From Eledone cirrhosa (taxonomy: Eukaryota), in the NCBI GenBank assembly GCA_964016885.1, contig OZ024741.1:148738001-148802000 (forward strand): a stretch of 64,000 nt of DNA, in the 5' to 3' direction. Positions within the stretch are counted from its first letter, which is position 1, and every line of letters starts with the position of its first letter. A model generated the notes under the pieces. It saw only the letters and a list, made by a program, of their open reading frames with translations. It ran no database searches and was not told the DNA's origin. Below are positions 25,801 to 37,037 of the stretch, piece by piece. Made by a program: the position numbers and the translations under genes.

Positions 25801-28800
25801 AAATTTAGTCAGTGTGAACAACAAATATTGAACAGATACTGGTATTAGGAACAAATACAATCAGTTGATGTGATCATATCAGTTAATGAGACTCATACAG
25901 ATCATTAAGTTCAAAACAGTAGAAAGAAAACAAATTTATGTTTTAATAAATTCTTTCTAATTCTTGATTATTTCCAAAATGAATTGAAATATGTAGATAG
26001 TATATTTCTGATGAAAAAGATTAACATGAATACTGTGTGTTATTATCAAAAGGGGTGAAGTGTGCAGATACTCATTTTTTTTTTCTATTTCACTGCCTCT
26101 CTATATAATATATCTCTCATCTCCACAAGCCAGACATGTGAATGACTCAGAAAGACTACTGTAATTCATCTATCATCACCTAAGTTGGCTATTTCAGGCA
26201 ATATTGACATGTTCTGTCATTCAGGGATCTCAAACATGTTTTCTGGATAATTTGTTGTTGTTATTGTTTTTTTTACTCTTCTTATATTGCATTCTTTTAT
26301 TTTAATGAACTACTGTACTAGACAAAAAAAATGAGGTCCCTCATAAACTGTTAAAACTGAATACAATTTTGCTCACTTAAAAAATGGGAATAAAAAGAAT
26401 CCCTTATCATATCTAGCCCTTTCTTTACCATATTTCTAATAAAATACACTAGCCATATATTGAAATGAATTTTGAAAATAAAAACCAAAATTTAGAACTA
26501 TTTATTAAAATAACTAACCTTTTCATTATTAAGATGGTGTTGTTAAGATCACATCTTAACTAAAGGATCTTACTTAAAACTATGATGGGAAATTCAAATT
26601 TAAATAGGAACCCTTTACAATTTTAGGTTTCAGACGGTTTGATATCAAAAGGATTAAACTTTATTTCAAAAGTATTACATAAACAGGCAATTTATGTATG
26701 TTTATACAGTTACATTATATGTTTGAAATGTTCAAGAACTGCCAAGATCATACCTTTCATCATTTTGGAACTAATGAATAAAATACTGGGGTCAATTTTT
26801 TCTTCTAAATTTTTTTTTGACATCTCTTTCTCTAGAAGACATGCTGTATGGTACGACGCTGTCCCTATGCCTCCATCAAGTGTTAAGAGCCCATGTATTG
26901 TTTATAGTATTATTTATTATTTCTAGTCACTAATATAATTAAATCTTTTCTTCGTTTTAGCTTTATGATAACCAACCATACAATGGACAAGCAAATGAAA
27001 ACATGCACTCATTTATGAATAACGATATGTCTCTCCTTAGTAAGTATTTGCTTTCTTAGGAAAATAATTGTTGGCAGCAACTAATGGATTTCTTACTACA
27101 CATTGCAGCCTACAAGTTGTTGATCTTATGATTTCTGACTATAAATTGCAGCATAATAAATTGATCTTTTGAGGATGCCAAGGCTAAATTCTGCCATAGC
27201 TGGGCAATTGACCTTAAAACACCTGTATATTAGAATAAAATTTGGTAGTATGCCGACAAAATAATTATTGACTGGCATTGTTTATAGTTGTTTACAAGTT
27301 ATTGAAAAGAGCACATGTTATATGTGGTTTAAACTGTTTTTGGTGGTGATGGATTGGCAGAATTGTTAGACGGGACAAATGTTTTGCAGTATTTCTTCCG
27401 GCTCTTTATGTTCTGAGTTCTTATCCTGGTGCGGTCAACTTTGCCGTCCATCCTTCTGGTCTTGATAAAATAAAGTACCAGTTTAGTAGGTCAATATAAT
27501 TGACCCCCCCCCCCCCCCCAAAAAAAAATGCTGGTCTTGTGCCTAAATCAGAAACTGTTATATCTAAAGTCTGTCTTAAGCCAGAAGGCTCGTTAGGCTG
27601 GTGCTTATCCTGGTTTGATGGCGTGAAGCACAAGATTTCTCCCCTGGACAGGGCGCCAGTCCATTGCAGGGTTAAACTCCCAGCTATTGCTGGTACTCAT
27701 TTTCAGCTGAGTATACTGGATGGAGCAAGGTGAAATGAAGTGTTTTGCTCAAGAACACAACATACAACCCAGTCCAGGAATTGAACCCACAACATTATGA
27801 TCGTAATGACACTTACCACCAGGCCGTGCTACTCCATGTTATTATTATTATATAATATATAATGGAGGCACATGGCTTAGTGGTTAGAGCATTGGCCTTG
27901 CAATCGAAAGGTTGTCAGTTCAATTCTCAGACCGGGTGATGTGTTGTTTCCTTGAACAAGACACTTTATTTCACATTGCTCCAGTTTACTCAGCTGTAAA
28001 AATGAGTTGATACGGACTGGGTCCCTATCATTCCACTGTAAAGTGGACGTGTAGGCACCACGGGAAAAAAGCACTCAGAAATCATGAAATCATGCCAGAA
28101 TCAGTTCCCGTCCCACCCTTGCAAGCAGGGAAAAGCGGACATAAAATGAAATGAAAAAAATATATAAAAGAAATCATTATATTATTGGAAACTGTATCAG
28201 AAGGTAATTTATTATATATGTTCACCAAATTGAGCTTTAATTTGGAATTTTGTGGCAACTTTCTGGTGTTGTTTGGAATTCTGGTCACTACCCAGCAGTA
28301 ATAAAAAAAAAAATTTAAAAAAACTAAAAAAAAACACATTTTATCCAAGCCCTTATAATTTAACCCTTAATCTTAAATAAATTCTTTTTGGTCTTGAAAA
28401 GGTCGACTTGTACACCACAATTTACAATATCTGTAAAATATATACTCTCTTTCTCTTTCATATACACACACAGGTTTACTAACTGTTATATTTGTTTAAC
28501 ACTGAAGTAATGTTCGAATTTTATTTCTTTCAGACAAAAATACCGATATTCCCTATAATCGCTCAGGATATTCATCTAGGGATAATTCAGTACCATCTCA
28601 GGTAAGAGGCTTTTTTCTTCCCCGTTTCAATACGATATATCTATTAAAATACACCCAATTCATCCAGTACACGTGAAGCAGTAGTGCTATCTATTTTAAA
28701 TTGTCCATATGTAAATTAAAACCTTTTTTCATAGCATTGGTTGGATGAGATCTTTTTACTGGCAGATTTTCTAAAACTAGATGCCCTTTGTGACATAAAC

Positions 28801-31800
28801 CTGTACTTTACTCTATACTACATACAATTCTGTTGAACATTGTTTTCATGGATGACATAAACAACTGCTGCAGTAAGCCTTATAATTGTGTTGATGTGGC
28901 ATTTACAGTGACAAGCGCACACACACACACGTGTGTGTATATTTATATATATATATACATATATAAACACCCATAAATTTGTTTTGATATTGTATCTCAT
29001 ACATCACACCAAAACAGTAGGCTATGTTCTGTTGCCTAAACTCGCATGTCAAGTGCAGTACCACCATAATGCGCAAAACTGTACTTCCAGCAAGGTGGCT
29101 GTTGTGGAAACGATGCATTTGTTTGTATGTGTTATGTAACTGGAGAATAGGGAGGGTGATCGGCTAGTTCAAAGCCACGATCATGCACAACAGTCATTGA
29201 AATCAAGGACTTGTGTGCTGGAGTACTCTCCTGATGAAACAAGACTCCTTACCTCAGTTTTCCTAGGCATTTGGTCTTGATAATCTTTCGTAACTACTTC
29301 AGCATGTTGGCATAGTTCTCTCCATTGATGGTGTTGCCCTTTTGAAGATAGTTAATAAATACAATGTTTTTTGCAACCCCCAAAATTGAGACCATCACCT
29401 TCCCTGCAGATGAAACGATCTTGTCTTGCTTTGGAGCAGGTGAGGAGGGGTGTTTCCACTGCATGGATTGTCTGTCTCTGTCTCAAAGTGATGAACCCTA
29501 CACTAATCCTGGATTAGGAAGCATTCAAGGAAACCAGCTGGATCTACCCCAAACATTTTCAGATTTACTCATGATATGATCAATCTGGTATGCTTTCAGT
29601 AGGTGTCAGTAGGCGTGGCACCCACTGAGCAGAAACCGTCATACCAAGTTCATTCTGCACAATATTTTCCACTCTCTCTCACGATATGCTAATAGTATCG
29701 GCTATTTGATTTATAGTCAATCACCTGTTATCCATCAGTGTGGTGAACACAATCAATGTTTTGCTTTGTGGTGGCAGTTGCAGGACACCCAGACATTGGG
29801 TCATCTTCACGCCTCTGCCTTCCCCTTCTAAATTTAACTTTATAACTCTATAAAGTTAACTGTCTCGAATACGTAAGCATCTCAATGAAAGGGCAAGATA
29901 TATTAATAAATTAATTATCCACTCGGAGAAGTATTAAAAAATATTAAACTTGAGCCAAAATATCATATTGACTGCTTCATCATTGTTGTGCTGATATAAA
30001 TATATATATATAAATACACCAGCATATAGAGAGAAGTTCACAGAGATATGTGTTCAATCATAGGGGATCGAAAACCACCAGAGTGACGAACATATTAACT
30101 ACAGAAAGGATGGTGAATACAAATCAATTAAAAGAATAAATTAAAGTGTACAACCAACCAATTATAACTATAACATCCGGATATGCTCAAATTAGAGCAT
30201 GTTTCGCTATAATATGTGAAGAATACACATTGTAGTTGTAGCTTATCGGCAGATGCCTATAAAAAAATCAGCCCTCCTAAAAATGTATTAGTTAATTAAG
30301 AAAACACATATGGTATAGAGAAAAAACGCGTGCGTTTTATGGCCCATGGTGGTGTGAATAGACCAAAAGATCGCTAAAAACAGCAGCTCAGAACTATTAA
30401 ACTTAAGAAGCTCTACTTACATACAGAAATAAATCAGGAGCTAATATATCAAATTAAAAAATGGAGTTAAAAACTCACATTAATCCCCTATAATTTAATG
30501 AGTTCAAGGAATAGATTCCGAGCTCTTTATAAATCAGCATATAGAGAGAAGTACACATAGAGATATGTGTTCAATCATTTAAATAATAATGAAATATTGT
30601 GTACAGTGTTCAAGTGCACTACAACTCATCAAAAAGTGTATGTATAGTACATAGCGTAATGTACAAACGTCAGGAAAATGAACAGTGCATGAGTCATGAT
30701 ATACACGTGTGCATGTGTATGTAAGGGGTACATCAGGTGTAGTTTTGGCATATTTTGGGAAGCATGAGGGTTTTAAAGGATGTAGTGTCTCGGCAGCTAA
30801 CAACTGACGCAGGCAGTTCCATGCTTCAGCAACTATGAGCGTGAAAAAATGTTTACGAAAGTCATGGGAGCTGTGCTGTTTTCTGATTTTGAAGGCATGT
30901 CCACGTGTGTTAGACACATGGCGATCAAAAAGGTGCTCGGGGTTGTTGTTGGCGAGATGGTTAATAACTTTGTGGGTGTTTACCAAGTCCATTGCCAGAC
31001 GTCGGAGCTTCAATGAATCCATGCCCAGGGAAGCAAGGCGTTCAGAGTATGGTAAATCCCTGATGGAGGGTATGCGCTTGGTTGCACATCTCTGAACAGT
31101 TTCCAGGAGGTCAATGTTCTGAGCAAGATAGGGGTTCCAGACTGATGATGCGAATTCCAAGTGTGGTCGTACCATAGCTGTATACAGCTTTAAATAGATG
31201 GCTGGAGAGTGGCTAACAAAGGTCTTGCTGAGTGATGCCAAGACACCCTCGGCCTTCTTGACAATCTTAGAGACATGCTTTGTCTAACGCAAATCGCTGC
31301 TGACAGTAATGCCCAGGTCACGTTCACAAGAGGACTTCTTGATATCAGTGTTGTGGAGGGAGTATGTGGACGCTGGATTTTTCCTCCCAAAATGCATGGT
31401 GGTACACTTGTCCACAGCCAGCTTCAGTTGCCAGTCTGTGATCCATTGTGCATTGTGTCCAGGTCTGATTGTAGGAAAGAGTTGTAGATTTCAGGATCAA
31501 TCCTTTTGATTTCAAGGTACAGCTTGATGTCATCTGCATATTTCAGTACCGTGGCATTCTTTAAGTTGGCATCTATGTCATTAATATATGCCACAAACAA
31601 AAAGGGACCAAAAACAGATCCCTCTGGTACACCAGATGACATCTCATATGGTGAAGAATGCTGTCCTAGAACCGTGACTACCTCTTTTCGGCTGAGAATG
31701 AAGGATTTCAACTCATCACTCACACCCATTGCAGAGAGTTTTGCCATAAGTCTTTTGTGTGGCACAGAATTAAAAGCCTTAGCAAAGTCAAGGTAAACAA

Positions 31801-32038
31801 CATCCACCCATGAGCCGCTGTCAGTGATCCGGGTAATGTCTTCAAGGAACTCGATAAGTTGATCACAGCAGCTGGAGTTAGGGATAAATCCAAACTGTGA
31901 GAGCTCCAGAAGTTTCAAAGTGTTTCTCTGACACAGGATTTCATCAGTTTGGCTATACAGCTAGTAAGACTGACTGGACGATAGTTGACAGGTGACATGC
32001 GGTTGCCCTTTTAATGTGAGTTTTTAACTCCATTTTTT

Positions 32039-32091
<53 letters not shown>

Positions 32092-33982
32092 GTGTGTGTG
32101 TGTATTATGTACATAATTTAATTTAGGTAAAAACCAAAGACTATAATTCAAGTAATTTTATTAATTTCTATGACCGTTTCGATTTAACGAAATGTAATTG
32201 CAAACAATAATTTTCAAATTAATTAATTAATTAATTATATCAACAAATACTACAGTCACCTATCACAAATCTCTTTGGGAAACAAGTATTAGATTCGAAG
32301 AATGCATGTCCCAAAATACCTATTTATGTATAAAATCAGCATTTTTACCTGTCATAATGACTGACTAAAAACACCTGTGCTTTTTCTCCAAAAATTTTTT
32401 TTAATGTTTTTTCTTCTTTTATTTCTCATTCTTTTTGAAGGACTAGCATCTGAAACATTAAGACTCTTTTTCCTATTATATCAAGTGTTAAACTAACGTT
32501 CACTTTGTTGTTTTCTGTTTACTTCTCACATATATACATATAACGTACACGACAAGCTTTCTACAGTTTTCATCTACCAAATTCAATCACAACGTATTAT
32601 CTTGTCTTGGACTACAGTGGAAGGTATGTGCTCAAAATGCCATGCAGTAGGACTGAACCCAAAACCATGTGGTTTCCGAGTGAACCACATAGCCATGCTT
32701 ACACCTATTTTCAATATATTATAGTTATTTCTCCCTTTTTACAAAATAATTATATAATTTTAGTTTCAAATAATATTGCAGTAATTAGTCTGGCACTTGT
32801 ATCTATTTTGACACTTGGGCAGATTTGGGATGTAATTTCAACATGTAGACTAAAGAGGAGAGTAACACTAATAGAAAGTTATTGTATTCTTAATTTTTAG
32901 TCTCTTCCACTCTCTTGGGTACTAACCAATGGCCTCCAGAAACTCTTTAAATCATTTTATTCCGACCAATATTAAATGGAGATAGAAGAGCTATAATTGG
33001 AAGTCCACACCTGCTTCTGTTGGATGTTCATGTTGATGAAAACATTCTTGCTATAACTCAAACTAATAGCTGATGTTGGTGCTACATCTCTCTCTTTCTC
33101 ACTTCAACCCCTACCCACTCTCTTTTGTATCACTTTTACTAACAACACAGTAGAAAATATTTGGCCACTTAATTATAATATTAAACATCTGGGTCTCACA
33201 TTGAATGTACTACTTCTGACATATATGTGTGTGGGGGTGCGGAGAGTGTGTGTGTGTATGTATATATATATATATATATATATATTTTTATGTCCACTTT
33301 TCCATGCTGGAACAGGTTGGAAGAGATGCCCTGAGACGATGTTTTACAGCTGGATGCCCATCCTAACACCAACTATTTTACAGTGTGTACGTGTGCATTG
33401 TATTGTGACACCAGTAGTACCATTCTGACACACTCACACACAACCATATATATTATATTATTATTAAGTTGTGAACAGAGCAGTGGATTGGCAGTATCAG
33501 CAGAGCATCAGACACCATGCTTTGCAGCATAGAGTTATGGCCGTTTATGTTCTGAGTTCAAATTCCACCGAGGTTAACTTTACCTTTCATCCTTACGGGG
33601 TCGATAAAATAAAGCACCAGAAATACATAGGGTAATTGCTGGCCTAGTGCTAAAAGTAGAAACAATTATTAAGTTGTAAATGAAATTCTGACATGAATAC
33701 TCCACTCTACAATTATATTTTTTTTCCCTGCAATGTATTTACAAAGAAGAAATGAATTGGTTATTTTTATCATTTTGTTCTGATCTCTCTTTCTCTCCTT
33801 TAATGTAATTATTCACATGAAAATTATAACAATTTGATATTATTAGAAGCTCACTGCAGAAAAGTTGAAGTGAGCAGAATAATATATTATAAAATATGTT
33901 CACTCTACTTTCCTTAAGTATGGAGTACTAAACTGAATAATTGTCTTACAAGTTTTAATTAGTAACATCTTATATATATTAT

Positions 33983-34041
<59 letters not shown>

Positions 34042-36980
34042 TATATTGAAGATGGATAAAAATCCAGAAATGCATATATAGCACTCTTACGCAAATACTT
34101 AGGGAGTGTGATGTGATCACAGCTTTCAATAGTTATGGTGTAACTTTATTTTTTACACCTTTGTTCTATACCACACTGTGTTGGTGTTATCCCTAATATA
34201 TATATTTATTATTAATTCTACATAATTACTACTTTTTGCAGTTAACCAGTAATATATTCTAAGTAACATTCATCCATTCAATATTTATTATCTGTTTAGT
34301 GAAGTTATTTTTAACTTGAGACCTCCTATGCTTCTGTGATTTCTGTTATTTCAAATTGTTCATATTTAAGTTAAGCTCTCTCATCTTAATTTTATTTAAC
34401 TCTTTCTTCCCTGATTACCACCACTGATTACCTCCCTGAACAACATTATGATATTTTGACACAAGTTCCCTAAACTGAATAGTGAAAATCAATAGTTATT
34501 TAACATACCTGTATAAAAATTGCTTTAAATTAATAAGCAATTTAGTATCATAATTTATGAACAAAATCATGAAAAAAACACAATTTCCTTTAACGCTCAA
34601 CATATATATACCTGGAAGTTTGTTTATATCAATTGTTGGAAGTGTTAAAGATTATACTGCTTGAAACGGCTAATGCAGAGATTCACTTTGCATTGTTCAC
34701 ATCTTGTTTTTTGTTCTCTTCTAATGTTCTGGAACACTGTTAACATGTTTTTTCCCTGATCCAGGGGAACTTCTTCCAGGGACCTTTTTCTTTAAGAATA
34801 GTCACTGATTATTTGATGGGCCAGATTCATTCTGACTATTATTTTTTGTTCTTGCCCTTTTTAGGCAGGAGCTTGTGATTTGATGATTCTTTTATCAGCA
34901 CAGACGATGAACATATAACTGCATCAACAATAAAATAAAATAGATGTTTCCACTATTTATTGGACTTCCATCCAGTGCAGAAGGTAGCTCTCAACTGGTC
35001 TGCATGGTCCACATCATTCATGTGCTCAGTGTAATTTTTTATATTGCTCTTGGACATGGCACATTTGGTATTCCCTGCACTTTTGTTTTCGCCAGACACT
35101 TGTTAAGTCATTTGGACTGGCATTAATTTTAGCAGTGATGCCAGGCTTTTACCACTTGATTCCCTTTTCGTTTTTGAATCAAGTCACCTTGCGTTTTCAA
35201 TTTGGCTGAGGTGTTAGCTTTAGGCATACCTCTTTAACATTTACATACTGTCGCAAGCATAAAGTCCCATTCTGTAGAGGTTCTTCAAACAGTTTTACAT
35301 TCAAAAAGTAATTATCACAATACACGTGGTGCTTTTGTCCCTATATGTCTCTTGTTCGAGCTGATTTGAAATTTTCCCTGTATAAACTTGGAAGTCGTTC
35401 ACATAACCATTGTGGGGATCAGTCTGCATCCACACTTTTATCACATGTAGGCTTCCCTGGAATGTACTGTTTGAAGACCAGTTATCAATCTCAAGTCTAG
35501 GGAGAATGGCAGATGAAGTAATATGTTCCATTTTGGTAGTTTCAATCATTTGTTAAATTTATTCAATATATTTTGTTGTGTTTTATGTATGTAATTAGGT
35601 ACTATATACTGTATATAATCGAACATAAGCCCCCCCCCCCCCCCTCCCATTTTATGTCTGAGAAATGGAGAAAAATTCAACCCCATTTATAAGCTGAAGA
35701 AGCTAATCAACACAACATAGTGCAGTTTTGAAATTCTCATGAGTGGAGAAAATATTTACGAAGTTAAAATATTTTGATATTAGAAAATAAAAAAGCATGA
35801 GGAAATTTTAAATTAATATAATTTAAAGAAATGGGGATATATTTTTAGTTTAAGGTTTCATTTAAGAAGAAAGATTTTCTTGAACTGTTATGGAGATCAT
35901 TAAAAACACTAGTTTGAGATCAAAATTAATAGGGAATAGTCGAAAAAGATCAACTAAGAGAACACTGTATAAGGATTCGGAGTAGAAGTGGGAAGGAAGA
36001 AACAGTAAATGAGAGAGAGAGGAAAGACAGGGTGAGAGAAGGGAGGAAGAGAGTGAGAGAAATAAAATAAAACAAAACAAGATTGAAAGAAAAAGTATAA
36101 TTAAGTCACAGAGGAAAACCATCGGTATGTGTGTATGCATATATGTGAAGGGGATATTTATGTATTAAAATGTTCAAATATAAAAAATTTGTCAGGACTG
36201 TTCTCAAGGCAATGTACAACTAAAACAATCACTACAGATATTTTAACACTTTATTTACATAGAATTTGAAGTTGGTGAAAATCGTCAAAATATTGACCCC
36301 TATAAGTCAACTCCCCATTTTACCATCGTTTTTTTCATCATATTCCTTGGCATACATTTGAATATACACATGATATCATTTGTGTGTATAACATATAAAT
36401 AAAACACTTAAAATGACATATTGATCTGTAATTTTTCATGGTTGTTTCTAATTAAATTGGAATATCCATGGGATCAGCTAGTGGTAATGAGAGGGTTAAT
36501 ATAATTTGGAATTTTATCTTAAAATTTCATGTAAACAATTTTTTTCTTCTTCGATTAAGTATTATTTTAAAATATGTTTGTATTTTCTTCAGGGCTTGTT
36601 GGGTAACAGTATGCCCATGTCTCCAGATTCACTGTCTCCAGTAGCCAAACCAGGTTCTCCATACTATGGTTTTAACAGTAAAAGAACAATAGAAGAACCT
36701 TTACGTGGTAAGTTTTTGGCTCTTCTATTTTGTTATGAATATTGGTATTTCACAACTTTTGGATCCTTATATACAACAACATCTCAAAACTCTTAGATTT
36801 TTGCATCCTACTTAAATTGTGAAGGTATGTGGCTTTGTGGTTAGAGGCTTAGAATGAAGATCATAAGGTTGCAGATTCAATTCTTGAACTCTCAGCTAAA
36901 AAAAAAAAAAGAGCAGCGGCAGCCAGGGGTTAACTCTGCAATTGACTAGTGTCCCAGCCAGCTGGAAGTCTTGGATTCTC

Positions 36981-37037
<57 letters not shown>

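Noticed and set aside
27864-27935. tRNA gene
   Set aside because: A/B boxes belong to a SINE head that continues into the SINE body; no complete cloverleaf
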